A DNA stretch of 62,836 bases, the filler included, from Sphacelaria rigidula (Eukaryota), in assembly GCA_964200075.2 (NCBI GenBank). It is 11 parts of 11 records of this genome, joined end to end, with 100 filler letters (N's around TTAATTAATTAA, not from the genome) between each part and the next. Parts side by side here need not be neighbours in the genome. Positions count along the whole stretch, not along the records: positions 1 to 5,622 come from CAXNAA020025778.1; positions 5,723 to 11,344 come from CAXNAA020025779.1; positions 11,445 to 17,066 come from CAXNAA020025780.1; 8 more parts are not named here. One strand, 5' to 3'. The position numbers and the translations under genes are program-made. This document shows positions 1 through 12,610 of the stretch, piece by piece (positions within the stretch are counted from its first letter, which is position 1; every line of letters begins with the position of its first letter). Below the pieces are notes generated by a model. It did no database searches. It had not been told where the DNA came from and saw only the letters and a list, made by a program, of their open reading frames with translations.

Positions 1-824
1 AAACACTGTACAGTAAAATTCCCGCCAGAAACACTGCGCAGGGTACGTAAACCCTGTAGACCCCCTCCACAGGGTGCTATCTATCCACGTGTGTTGGAGG
101 GGGGTAGACACGAGTTGCGCCATGGATACCACCTGATACCTTACCGCACCTCCAGCAGTCGCATGCTCCACCCGTCTCTTGCATTCCACATATTTCGTAT
201 AACGAAACGAGAAGCACACTCAGAATACAAATTCCCGTAAGTGGGAGGCCGCAACTCTTCTCTCAGAACAACTGGGGTTACGGCGGTCTCCGCTGGCTCT
301 TTGGTCGGTACCTCTGTAGTCGACATTTCCGAGCGGACCTAATCGAAGGCTTCTAAACCTTCTCGAACTCCATAATTCACCCCTGCTTTCGTCGCCGCAC
401 CACACAGCTGTGGGGTCCTATAAACTCCCGCCGCACGCAGCTCCAGCAAGTCTCCAGTCTGGGTCAATCACGGGACAGCTGCCTTTGCAGCTACCTCAGT
501 TTGAACCCTCCTCACCCGTCCGCGAAGCAATATGTCCGAAGCTGTCCAGACTCCTCTCTACCGAAACAATTCCAGGAGTCACTGACGATAGCACTACTAG
601 CACGACTAGCACTAATATCGATATTGTGACGCCAGCAGGTTGCTAGTACTGCAGCGTCTAATGCTGTTGAGGGACTCCCCAGTTCCACTGGCCTCAGGTA
701 TCAGTTGTTAGCCTTCACAACAAATTTTGTTATCCTGGAGTGCCAACCAGGCACATACGCTCCATAACCCACATCAGGGTATCACCCCTATGTCTATGTC
801 ATCATCCATATCATCACTATATAC

Positions 825-1301
825 TCAACGTGACGGCGTGATTTCGTCACAGATGGAAAGAAACAGTGCATATAGTGTAAGATGATCCATGACAGACATT
901 ACATACTTACACGGCACACCGGCTGACGAATTCGAAGTCGTCTTGTATTCGACAATATCTATCGATATCCGCTCAAAAGGTCTGTTCACAGGTATGTGGT
1001 CTACAGGCAATTTAGGGCGGTTATCGCCCGTCTTCCTCATCTGACGGAATGGCAACGTTGACACCATTTTCGCACATCTTGGCTCGATGTCGGCTAATAA
1101 ATATTTGTTCTTAATCTTTCCATAGGTCGGTTTGAATCCAAGGTGACCTCCAGACAACACATGGCCGTGATAAGAGTGCAAAACAAAATTGACCAGAGCT
1201 TCTGGTAGCACTAGTCTATCGCGGTCGGTGCCTTTTTTTCGAAAGTTCCCCGGCAAGTATGACCTGAAGGAGATACCATCACGGAGCAAAACGTAGGACA
1301 T
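825..1301 (-). pseudogene. Gypsy integrase N-terminal part (zinc-binding region and first catalytic Asp), truncated
   Basis: LVLPEALVNFVLHSYHGHVLSGGHLGFKPTYGKIK ... RPFERISIDIVEY ... KYVMSVMDHLT. Confidence 0.9.
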
Positions 1302-1605
1302 GGAAGTCAGCGTCTGATTTTCCGGTAACAGTGCGCTGTCGTCTGTCAGATATTGAATGTAACGGTCATATTATTTTGCCTGTTCGGGGGTGCAACTCGT
1401 TATTGTCTACAGACGTGAAAATATGTGTAGCGCTTGTGCGGGTAGCACTGACGGGAAAAAGTCTCTGTCGCTCCGTACTGGTTTCAGATTATCCAGTGTA
1501 TCCGCTGAAATTTGAAACGGTTGGTGCGGTTCCTTTCGCGTGTAATGCAGGGTCCTCTGGGACGTTCCGAAAAATTGACGCGAGCAGGGGTTTCACCTCA
1601 TTATT

Positions 1606-2030
1606 CTAGTATTTTTCGAACCGAAAGAGCCTCGACAGAGAGTCCGGAACAATATTTAACTCTCCCGGTTTGTGTTTCACATTGAAGTCAAATGACTGTA
1701 AAGCTATCGGCCATCTTGTCAACATATTACTCGTGTCTTGCATGGAATAGAGGTACCGTAGTGCTGCGTGGTCTGTCACACACGTAAATGTTTTTCCCCG
1801 AAAGGGCCTCCAGTGTTGTGTGGTCAAAACAACTGCATAACATTCTTTGAGCGTGGCAGAGTAGTGCTGCTGAGCATGATCGAAACGCTGACTCAAATAC
1901 GCTACGATTGCAGTTTTGCCTTCCTTATCCTGAGTGAGGACGGAGCCGGCGCCTTATCCAGACGCGTCGACTTAAATGGTGAACTCTTTTGAGGAGTCTG
2001 GAAAATGAAGGACCGGAGCGGTGGTGAAAA
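1606..2030 (-). pseudogene. Gypsy RNase H domain remnant
   Basis: AQQHYSATLKECYAVV...WRPFRGKTFTCVTDHAALRYL...LTRWPIALQSFDFNVKHKPGELNIVPDSLSR. Confidence 0.9.
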
Positions 2031-2097
2031 GCCTTTATACTTCTGCGAAAGCTGCATCGTGTTCGGCTCTCCAGCGCTTAACTAATCCCGTGGCTGC

Positions 2098-2991
2098 CTA
2101 CTTCTCCGTGAGATCTACCAGCGGAGCGATTACTTGTGCGAGGTTCGGAATAAGTTTCCTCGCAAAATATATCGTTCCTAACACCGAACGCAACTGCTCG
2201 ATATTCGTTGGTGTGGATAAATCTAATATGACCTTCACGCGGTCTTCCCCAATTTTGATCCCGTCAGCGGACAAAGTGTAGCCGAGGAACTTGACCTCCT
2301 GAGGTCCACACTGTGCTTTAGAGGGCTTGAGAGTAAGACCTGCTTTTTTTAGTGCTTTGGACATGTCTTCCAGCAGAGTCAGGTGGCTTTCCCATGCGGA
2401 GAAGCAGGCGATCAAATCATCCATGTACACTGAGAGACCTCTCTTGGATCCAAAGTGTGAGAAAGCAATAGCCATTGTTCGCGAGAAAATGAACGGGGAA
2501 GACGCCAAGCCGAACGGCATCCGGTTGAAAACCCACTTACTTTTCTCGGTGACGAAGGCCGTTTTTTCTTTCTCCTCCTCCGCCCCTGGGATCTGATGGA
2601 CTCTGTACATCAAAGACAGAGATAAATTGTGTGCCTGCAACCGCGTCTACATGACTTTCCATATCAAGCATTGGCCATGATTTCGCACAAGACGTTTATT
2701 AAGCGTGGATCTATAGTCGACACAAAATCAGGTTGTACCGTCATGTTTTGCTACTATGATCACCGCAGAGCCCCATGGGCTGGCTCTTTATTCAATTATC
2801 CCGTCTTTTCCCATCTCATCTACACATTTATCGGTGACTTGTTGGATCCTGGGATTGGCCCTGTACGGAGCCCTATCAACCGGTTTCGTCCCCGGAAGTA
2901 GGGGGAAAACTGCCAGTCCAGTCGTACAACAACCTAGCTCCCCCCATGACAGTGAGAAGAATGACCTGTATTTGATGCATAAATCGAGCAC
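2098..2991 (-). pseudogene. Gypsy reverse transcriptase remnant
   Basis: PVDRAPYRANP...KTAFVT...FNRMPFGLASSP...VYMDDLI...LKPSK...VKFLGYTLSADGIK; broken by frameshifts. Confidence 0.93.
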
Positions 2992-3142
2992 TTGGCTCTT
3001 CTGAATTTCAGAAAATGTGATATTTTAAAATGCATTGTGGCGCGCTGTTGTCAGTTAATCTCGTGCGTCAGTATTTTGCTCTTGAACTCGTGAAATCACA
3101 CTGACGTTTTCCGTAAGCTCGTTTATTCCAAGTTGTGAAATT

Positions 3143-3960
3143 TCACTGACGTCTTCCGTCGGCTTGTTTTGTTCGACTTGTGAGATGTATTTCGAAAGCA
3201 AATTTCCTGGGGGTTGGACGTGTCGATTCGACGGATTTTGCTGCTTGTACCATAGCTGTTTCTTTGACCGCTGACCCGGTCCAGGCTGCGCAAACTACTA
3301 CAACGAGGCGGTTAGAAGCGTCCGGTACGTTTTTAGATTGGAGGTCTTCACCTGTTACAACTCGTGGCTCAATGACCGCTTCAGTTGTAAATATTGACGG
3401 CTCATTTGTTTCGACAACAAGAGCCATGCCACTTCAAGGTGGGACCAAGTACCCTTTTGAGAGGTACACCGATACATTTTCAGTCGATGCTACCCGTATG
3501 ACAGAACAATAAGCATTTTCCGAAAACATCGGATGAACTTTCCTGTCTTTTCTTCTGTGGGTAGCTGTTAGGCGAACTGTAGACCTACACAACGCCAAAG
3601 TTTCTGCTTGCCAATCGAGAATCCCTCCAAATGCGCTCATCACTGAGTTCTCTATCAGCATGAGATCCGGACCGAGATTCTTGAGGACAAATGCTTCGAC
3701 GGGCAAGGTTATGTCATTTAGCGTGATGTCAAAGCGAATAAATCCCTTTATCGTGATTGGTGAGCTGTCGGCGCGTCTTAGATCGCGATGGGACTGATTG
3801 AATGTCCTCCTCGCTCACTGTGGGATGTGAACGGATAAACTTCAAACTAACTATCGGAATGTCTGAAGCAGTATCAATGGTTATGGCCGGGACCTCCTTT
3901 CCGTTGACCATGGCGGGAACCTCCACCCTTGCTGATGCAGGTCGCAACGTTGCCGGCTTC
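3143..3960 (-). pseudogene. Gypsy aspartic protease remnant plus PR-RT linker
   Basis: VNGKEVPAITIDTASDIPIVS (D-T-A variant of the D[ST]G motif); LPVEAFVLKNLGPDLMLIENSVMSAFGGILDW. Confidence 0.75.
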
Positions 3961-4439
3961 CTAGGATAGCGGACTGACGAGGACATGAAGAAAGACTTGA
4001 ATTCTGTCGAGCTTGGGGGCAAAACTTTGGATCTCTATGCGTTTCATTATTTTGTAGAGGCGTCTTGCTTACAAAAGCAGCTTGGGGGGCGATGCCCAGG
4101 TGATGATGCCTTTCACTGAACATTCGATCTTAACCTGTTCTACTCCCAACTTGCTCTCGTGTTCTAGCCTTTGCAACCGTAACTTCCACATGTTCTCTCT
4201 CACATGACCTCACAGAAGAAGCTACGCCTTGGCTAGCAAATCGCACACGTTTCTTGCCTTTTTTATTTTCCATCGAAGGGTCGGCACCCACTTCACGGTG
4301 CACATTTTTTCTCCTCGATTTATTGTACTGTTGCGTCACTCGTGCTACCTTAGGAATTCCATCGACTGGCTCTACGGTAGTGGCTCTTTTCCCTTCCACA
4401 CCTGTCCCACTGCTGGGCGAGGGCCCCTGCTGTGGGCAC

Positions 4440-5573
4440 CATCAAACACCTTAAGCTAACAATTGCCCTTTAAGTTTTCTTGCCAATTGACAGTCCTCTA
4501 TGGGGTGGTTGTGTTTGAACCTGCACGGTTTGTATGTGCAACGCTTGCCCTTCTTCCTTGATTGACCATCATATTACCACTCCCTCTACTCTCTGAACGA
4601 CTACGTTTTCCGGTCTCACTGCGAGAAGGCGATGGATCCGTTTTGTCGCCGGGGTGTGAAGAACGTTTTTTGGACCTTCCCCGGTCCCCGCCAGCCCACC
4701 GCCTCTCTCTCAACAACTAACTTCTCAATCTGCTGACCTTGGTCAGCGACTGTTTCCGCGAGCTGAGAGGGGTTGTGCATAGCGAGAGATGAAACGTGGG
4801 TCGCAAAGAGATTGGAAACTTCAGGCTGAGTCCCGCGCTGACTACTGGTTTCATCTTTTTTCGCGCGGGCTCTTGCAACTTGAGAATCATACTACGATAG
4901 GGGGGGGGGGAATTTGGGCCACTTCTTGCACGAAATTACAAGGCATGTCGTCGTTGAGATCAGCAACGGTTGCTCGAGCGAGCTTGTTATAGATAAATAA
5001 CGCTCGTCTATGACGATTGACACCGTTATGAACCAAATACAAGCGCATCGCGAGTGTTGCAGATCGTCTGACATACTGTTGAGCCTTTCTTTTCGTGCAA
5101 TCAAACACCCCCCCCTCTATCGTAGGATGACTCTTGAAAGCCATGGGTTGGATCTTTTCTCGTTTCAACTCTGATATGTGGCGGGAGTCCTGCTTTAAGG
5201 GCAGCCGTTTGGCTCGCTTCCTGCGCGAAGCTAACTGGGTCCCTACCATGTCGCGTGATTCGTGCGGCTTCTGCGTAAGAAGGGAGGTGTGCTTTGGGCA
5301 CTTCTCGTGCGTAGGAGTCGACAGTGTGGTGGTCCTTGAAAATCAGCTCCGCTATAGCCCGAGCGAGGATTGCTATGCGATTAGGTGGAGAGTATAAATT
5401 CGTATAAGCATCGACATACTCGTCCCATGATGTGGGGGCCCGGGTAGATACTTCACCTCCTCGTGCCCGAAGGGCTTCGAGATTCGCTTCTGTCCGCCAC
5501 TCCAAAGTAACGGTTACGAGATCCGTGTAAGCGTCGAGGGCTGTGTCCCTCAGTAAGAGCTGTAAATGCTTCA
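4440..5573 (-). pseudogene. Gypsy gag remnant with zinc knuckle, interrupted by a MITE
   Basis: Capsid-like TSWDEYVDAYTNLYSPP...ALKAGLPPHIRVE; knuckle CTYKPCRFKHNHPIEDC near 4490-4540; lies upstream of the protease. Confidence 0.7.
4884..5133. mobile_element. 250-bp MITE, Sola-like (family A)
   Basis: TIRs GAATCATACTACGATAGGGGGG / CCCCTCTATCGTAGGATGACTC; 4-bp TSD TTGA at 4880-4883 and 5134-5137; removing the element and one TSD reopens the gag frame (HGFQ-VARARAKKDE). Confidence 0.88.
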
Positions 5574-5622
5574 GAGTCATCCTACGATAGGGGGGGGGGT
5601 ATTTGGTTGCACGAAAAACGAG
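5574..5622. mobile_element. Family A MITE, terminal fragment at contig end
   Basis: GAGTCATCCTACGATAGGGGGGGGGGTATTTGGTTGCACGAAAA matches the family A end. Confidence 0.8.
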
Positions 5623-5722
5623 NNNNNNNNNNNNNNNNNNNNNNNNNNNNNNNNNNNNNNNNNNNNTTAATTAATTAANNNNNNNNNNNNNNNNNNNNNN
5701 NNNNNNNNNNNNNNNNNNNNNN
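5623..5722. other. Artificial contig-joining spacer; identical spacers at 11345-11444, 17067-17166, 22789-22888, 28511-28610, 34232-34331, 39953-40052, 45674-45773, 51395-51494, 57116-57215
   Basis: 44 N + TTAATTAATTAA (stop codons in all six frames) + 44 N; intervening segments are 5622 bp (first five) then 5621 bp. Confidence 0.98.
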
Positions 5723-5959
5723 TTTTTTTACTTCGAAGGCTTTTTCGTGGGCCAGGGACAGCGTACACACACCAACTTGGCAATGACATCCCTCCCGGCG
5801 ACAGCCCCCCCCCCCCCCGCTGGTCGTTTGGAACTGTTCAATAAATACCGCCTCGCCCTGATTGGGTAGGTCGCTCCTAGGCTTGTTGATTATTATTTTA
5901 CTAATATACAGTGAACCCCTTGTTATTAGGCCGCTTCTTATAGGCTGAAAATGATTCTA

Positions 5960-6368
5960 AGAACTGCCCTTTTGAAACTTCCATCACGGATTATTGGCGG
6001 AATACGTGCCTTGGCGGATTTGGCCTCCTCGGAAAGATTTTCTATATGTTTCACGAGGATTCCAGCACGCTTGTCCGACGTTTCGTACTCCCTGTTTTAC
6101 TCTTGGTCGGCACCTGGATTTTTTCAGTCACACAAAAAACTTCGAGTTGTCGGGAAAAGGTACGTCTTTTTCCACACAACTCGACAATTTTCGTGGCGAC
6201 TGAAAAAAATCCAGAATCCAGCCAAGAGTAAAACTGGGAGTTCGAAAGATCGGACAGGCGCGCTGGAATCTTTGTGAAAAATCTAGCACATCTTTCCGAG
6301 GAGGCCAAATCCGTCAAGGCCCGTATTCCGCCAATAATCCGTGATGCAAGGTTCGAAAGGGCAGTTCT
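5960..6368. repeat. ~410-bp imperfect palindrome (foldback MITE)
   Basis: Arms AGAACTGCCCTTTTGAAACTTCCATCACGGATTATTGGCGGAATACG... and ...CGTATTCCGCCAATAATCCGTGATGCAAGGTTCGAAAGGGCAGTTCT pair along almost the whole length; centre near 6162. Confidence 0.92.
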
Positions 6369-7778
6369 CAGAGAGAGATGTTGTCAGTCAATAAGAAGCG
6401 GCCTACTGTAACTACTGACGATCAGTCCCAAAAGGGTTATAGGAGCTGTTCTCCGGCTCACATACTGCCTGTATTGTGTACGACGAGTGCGTCAAGTTTC
6501 ATGGTGGTGACTTTACCCACGGTCGAGAAATGCACGAGCAAAGCTTCCGATCTGAAAGTGCAATGGTTTTCCAATTCGGGCCGAGTGCGGGCAGTCACAA
6601 ATATGGGGCGGGCATCCCGGTTTATTCCTTTTCGATCATTTCGGCGAAGGACTGGATATACCATTTTTTATGGCAGTCACAAAAAGTCAATCTGCTGGGG
6701 GCACTCGAATCGGGAAACGCCGATACTTTTGGACCTCAATTTTTGCCCAAATCGGGGAAACTCAGATTCGTGTGTCACGATTTGAGAACGGTTCTCGCCG
6801 AATCTGTGGGAAGTGACGTACTTATTTTGACGTACGATGATAGGGCAACAGGCGTTTGATATTTTTGCAGCCGCAGCAGCAACCCGTCTCGTGACAACAC
6901 AGCGCCAGGTGCTGGAGCAGCTTCGCATGGGGTTTGACAAGCGGATAAGAAGTGTTGACGCCGTACCTTGCTGCGATGGCAATATTCTATACTGCACTGC
7001 GCTACTGTATGTATCATCATAACGAAAGGTATTGTAGTATCCTACACTGCTGTCGCTGTACTTGCAGGGTGATGAATGGCACAGCTCGCGTGAAGTCGAA
7101 CACTGTGCTCTGTTCTCGCAATACCGACTGTACCATCATGTATCACCACATGGCATTGTCGTGTACTGTGATGGTGGAGTGTACTGCGCTGGAATTATAT
7201 CCCTAGGGTGCCACGGCACGACGCTGATCTTGAAGGATGATTGACTGCTTGCCTGTTGTTCGGTTTCACTGTGATACCTCAGAGAAAATGATCCTCCGTC
7301 TATAGAGCTATTTCAAATTGTCTGTGGAGCCATAATGGGGTACACACGGACGTGAGTTCAGCGAATCTGGGTCCCCCAGGTTTGGCACAGACTTGGGGCC
7401 CGCCAGATTCGGGATTGATCCCCATGTAAAGTGGTATAATACTATGTCAAAATGTAGAGGGACAGGTCGACAATTCTGATGAATTACAGTACTTGGAATC
7501 CACGAGTACGTGTAAAGTGTTTGTGTTTTGTAATCATAATCGTATCTCTACCGTTGGAGGCACCACCTTGAGGTACGTACAGTAGTTCCCTGCAATTTAC
7601 CTCACTGCACTGTACCGCAATCGACCGTGTTTAGTTGTGCGTATATGACGTGTCTAGTCCGTAATTTTAGGAAAATCCGTGAGTGTACTCGTACTTGCAC
7701 GTCCAAGTTTACATACGTACAAGGGGTCAGATATTGCGAACCCCGGTGCACCCTCACGAGGCGAGGGTTTGTTGGTAA

Positions 7779-7873
7779 CCCTTGGACAGCGAGAGTAGGC
7801 CATCTGTTGAATCGGCATCAAGCTATCCTGAAAAAAGTATAGATCCAGTAGAACTGCCCTTGCGGGGTGAGGG
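7779..7873. mobile_element. ~95-bp piggyBac-like MITE copy (reverse orientation)
   Basis: GACAGCGAGAGTAGGCCATCTGTTGAATCGGCATCAA is the reverse complement of the copies at 37114-37315. Confidence 0.7.
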
Positions 7874-10824
7874 TTGAGGCAGCTAGCTCTTACTGAACCG
7901 CATAGTATGTGCCTGTCATGGCTTCGATGTACCAAGGATTGAGTGGCGTTGTCACGACTATTTCTGCGATACCGCATCACACGTACGGCGCCAATACTGT
8001 ACACATGAGGGCGGCAAGGCTACACCTCTTGGCACCAGTGTTGTATACCGAACCATTCATCAGATGGGTACGATATCGCTAACTTCTGGCATTACCGACA
8101 GGCGAGTCGGGCAAGTAAATGCGAGGGAGCTTGCAACGCAAGCGTCAGTCGCCGCCTCCCGCCTATCGAGGGGGCTGGCTCGTTGCGCCGCCGGAGGCAG
8201 GAAGAGTGGAGAAAACTGGCTTCATTTCTCGTCAATTATCAATTTTATCATTTTTTTGTCACATTAGCTTGATGTCTCGAACCCCAGGTCACTGAGTGCA
8301 AGGAGCATACCGCTTGAACCCATAAATCAAACAGCCCGCAGAGGAAGGCAAGAAACAAAACAAGTACACGAAAAAAGGCACCTACACTACGATAGAACCG
8401 TCGAGAGTGACCCAGATTGCATCGCTGAAATGCACTGTTGAACCTACTTCTCGACACAATATGAGCAGTAATTATACATATATATATAGAGGGAGATGAA
8501 TGTATCCCCGCTGTTCGTAGATTCCCCCACACCGGCGTCGCCGCTCGGTGCCAATATGGAGGACGCCGGGAGAAAAGAAGAAACTACTTGCGTGTTTGGA
8601 TCAATAGTAACAATAGACGTTACGTTTTGAGGGAAGCCAAAAACCTTAGATGTACTCTCGCATCGCCTGACGGCCCTTTTTATGCCCCCTGCCGCCTCCC
8701 GCAAGGGCCTATCTCGGGGCCTAGCGGGGGATCCTGGGAAAATGGGGACGGTTTTTTTCTAGGGGGACGAACTGCGGTCGAAATTGTATATATTTTTGGA
8801 ACTGCTCCCCGTAGAGTTGTGAACTGGTTTGGCTAATCACTTAACTGGTGGCGAAGCCGCTTCGCGACTCCGCCAGCGTTGGCTGGTAAGGTAACGCGGC
8901 GGAGTCGCCTAAACGCCCCCCCCCCCCCCGGCCGGGGACTCGGCCGGGTGGGGTGGGCCGGCGCGGAAGTGCGGACGGCACCAATCAGACTGAAATCCCT
9001 GCNNNNNNNNNNCCCCCCCCCCCCCTTCCCCCCCCCCCAAAGGGGCGGGGGGTAAAAGTCCAAAAAAATAAGGCAAACAAAAAAGAAGCCCCCCCCCCCC
9101 CCCCCCCCCCCGGCTGGTGAGGCGGCTGGTTAGGGGGCCCCGCCGGAGGCAAGAAAATTACACCAATTGGCTTCACATCTCTTCAAAATCGCAGTAAATT
9201 CTAGCTGCCTAGCGCCAGCAATTCGAGCACGTAATCAGTGCACAAAAGTATACATGCATGGGGAAAAAAGGAATGTCACTAAACTTTGCGACGTGGATTA
9301 AGAAAGCGAAGCGGTGGGACAGTAGTGCACCACACATGGTGTCTATTACAGGTATAAGCGCTGTGCGGTCATATCGTCGCCCTTGTAACAGCATCCCCAC
9401 GGTCGTTGTAGTACGACAATACTTCGGAAGTATTGATATGAGTATGACACATGTTTATACAAGAGGCTTTGGAGTATGACACATATGTCGGGTAAAATAG
9501 CTGGTCCAACTGGTTGCGAAACCGGTCAACCAGTTGTACCAGTTAACTATAACTGACCAGTTGAACTGGCAGCCAGTTGTGTGTCACAACTCTAGCTACC
9601 CGTCAAACTTACTCGGAGACGGTCTAAATAGTTGAAAGGGACATTTGACGGGTACCAGTTGCAATATTAACTACCTCTCATCTGTCATGCGTGTGGCATG
9701 CGTGATGCGTACATATTTTTCCACTCGTCCTTCGTGCGGGATAAACCAAATTCAATTTTCCCCACCAGTGATTCGTTCGAGAAGTGTGACTCCTCCATAT
9801 TGTGTAGTCTTTATCCGTGACACTACTTGGAGTGTACATATTCTCGTTCGTTTTTCGTGCCATAGCCCCTCGAACATGGGCATTTCTTATCCGTGATTGA
9901 CATGTGATGACAGAAGCAAACCGACAAAGAAGGTAAGATGTCCACTTGAACGAAGCTCGAGGCATCCGAGTGACCAGGCAAACAAGTGATAACCAGAAGT
10001 TGTTTCGGCTTACAGCACCCCACGAGTCAGGCGTCACCTTCTTAACGATGTGTCTTTTGTTGGTTTAATTCCAAGGTCGCCCGACAGACAAGACACTGTT
10101 TTACGACCCGCGGCGGCGAAGAAGGCGTATAGTTTGCTGTGTGTGAGTCAATGAATCGTGATATCCGATCGCTTTTACGAGATGTCTTGGCAATGCAATG
10201 ATACATTCGTGCGAAAAGTCCTGCCTCGATATCACACTGATGAGAAGGGCACCCTCTGTCCGGGGTGCAGCACATAACCGCCACGACACAGCATCGCCCT
10301 CGCCAGAAGGAGACTTTGCACCAACGTCGCTGACCCCGCTATTCACGTCTTGAGTCTTGCCGCTGTCCTGACTGCACTATTGTTGTATACCGCTCAGTGC
10401 CCTACCAACTACAGGCAAGGAGTCGCCGCCCCCATATAAAGGAAAATTCGTTATGAGTGAGGTGTAGGGGTGAGTACCCCCTGAATAACCGTGATTAATG
10501 GCGGTAGTAAGTGGTGTACAGTACCAGAACATTACACGGGGTGCAGGGCGGTAGCATATCCGCAGTAGGGGGTGAGGCCATCGGTTATTGTACTGGAACC
10601 AACTAGGCTTTGTCCATACTAAAACCAAACAATAATTGGCTACACTGAAATCAAGTGTATTTGATAACAGGCTGAGTCCGAGTAACTATATCCCACACTG
10701 AGCTCACCTCATGTGACACTCTGAGCATGAAGGCAATATCATTCAAGCGCCATGATTCGAAACTGGAAATCGAAGATTCTTGAGTAATTTCGACCTTAAA
10801 TTAGAGTTGTTTTGGAGCCCATAA

Positions 10825-10923
10825 CGCTCCAGACCGCGAGGGTAGTCCATCTGAATCGTGCACACTCTTTCCTAGAGAAATTGATGCCAATGCAACAGAT
10901 GACCTACTCTCGCCGTCTCAGGG
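10825..10923. mobile_element. ~100-bp piggyBac-like MITE copy
   Basis: AGACCGCGAGGGTAGTCCATCT...CAACAGATGACCTACTCTCGCCGTC; same family as 37114-37315. Confidence 0.7.
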
Positions 10924-11964
10924 TCAACTTGTCGAAGGCATCACAACTCCTCGATTTTGGGTGGTCCACGCACAGGCGATCCCTGGGTGGTCACGAGGTG
11001 TCCTGGTGCTTCTACCCTAGTTTTCCCTTATTTTCGACATATTCCAATGGAGGGGTGGGGAACTGTGGCTCCTGGCCTGCGGGTGGTAAGCCCCTTGTAC
11101 TGTACGGCACAGTTTTACTGTGTCACTGGAAGAGGTATTTTGCGCTGTGTGCCGTCGAGTTGAATTATACGTGGGCACACCGAGACTATCCCCACTCTCT
11201 TGACATTTTTGTCGTCACACTTTAACTCCTCCCTTCCTCGAGACAAGCCCGTGGTCTAAAGCGAGCAACTCATTTCCCCCCCCCCCCTGTCTCTGGAAGT
11301 GGCGATACCAGATAATAAAGCAACTCATTGTAAGCTGTCACCCANNNNNNNNNNNNNNNNNNNNNNNNNNNNNNNNNNNNNNNNNNNNTTAATTAATTAA
11401 NNNNNNNNNNNNNNNNNNNNNNNNNNNNNNNNNNNNNNNNNNNNTGCCTTTCAACTGCATATTTTCGATCGAAGAAAAATGTTTTTTCACTCGTTGCATT
11501 CTTCTCCGCGCGCCGCTCATTATAAGTTCGAGTTGAAGCCTTCGGGGAACATAAATGCGGTGGACCTGTTGAATAGGCGAAAAAAAAATCGATCGCACTT
11601 TTTCGATGGAAAAGAAAAAGGTATTAAGACAGGCCCTGCGACACATCCTCACTGTGGAAACACTCCACAATATCCTAATTTCTCGGTGGACCCTGTGCAC
11701 AGGACCCCGGTCCCGTGAGCACCCTGCGAAAGTCCTGCATAGGCTTTTGTGACTGCGAGTCCCTGCGCAAGTCCCTCACAGAATCAAACCACTGTGGCAT
11801 CCCTGCAAGCAACCTGTACAGCCTACAGCGTAGCGAAACTGTGATCGTTTTGAGCAGTTCCAACACAGAACCATCACCAAGGACTCCTTATCCGCAGCTC
11901 TCATTCCAGCTTCAACACTAAATTTTCACGTATACATGTACCTGTATGCTATTTGTCCAGAATT

Positions 11965-12345
11965 CTCAAACCCTTTTGGTACCGGACGCGCATGACATTG
12001 TGTTTGCACCCAGGGGCCTTACTGTGAATAGGCATCATTTTCGGTCGTTTTTAAGTAATAATAGAGGTATATGTCAAACTCGGCTCCCGGTATCCTGTTT
12101 TGTTTTGTTCTATTTTTTTCAAGTGAGAGATGGCGATTTATCAGATGATGAGACCCTGTCACCGTCAGGTGAAGTCCTCCTATGAATCGTGATAACTTTC
12201 ATTCGAAAACACTCAGAACAACCCAGAGCCAGCGAATAAACCAGGATACCGGGAGCCCAGTATTGAGAGACCTCTAATGATGCCGATTCAGAAAGATGCC
12301 GCTCCGCACAAACATCATGTCTCGGGCAGTTCGGTCCCCAAAGGA
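11965..12345. repeat. Degenerate foldback/MITE
   Basis: Nested inverted pairs: GGCTCCCGGTATCCTG (~12082) with CAGGATACCGGGAGCC (~12242); TGAATAGGCATCATT (~12025) with AATGATGCCGATTCA (~12276). Confidence 0.6.
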
Positions 12346-12610
12346 CGCACTTGAGGTACTCAAATTAGGGTAGAATGTGAGGAGTCGGACCCAAAAAATA
12401 ACTGGGAAGCTATCCCTGAAACCATACCCCCAATTTGTGTACTTCAAGTGCGACTTCTAAAATACCCCGCAACTGAGTATACTCTACTCGACCTGCCCTT
12501 GGAAAACAGTCATCTACCCCCTAACTATGTGGGCAGTACTCCCCCCGTCTGTACTGCACGTTGTTCAACCTCTGCGCCGACACTACTACAGGCATTCTGT
12601 ACTGACTGTA

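Larger units (their letters stand above)
825..5573 (-). mobile_element. Degenerate Ty3/Gypsy LTR retrotransposon internal region (gag-PR-RT-RH-IN), with frameshifts and stops
   Basis: Domain order RT-RNaseH-integrase on the minus strand; recognisable motifs in separate ORF fragments (see sub-features). Confidence 0.95.

Noticed and set aside
121..820. LTR and primer-binding site for the contig-1 Gypsy element
   Set aside because: TGGTATC-like words are present, but no PPT, paired LTR or clear TG...CA boundary could be fixed
5623..5722. Regularly spaced TTAATTAATTAA motif every ~5.72 kb as a biological periodicity
   Set aside because: It is an artificial linker between size-sorted contigs; ORFs ending in XXXLIN are artefacts
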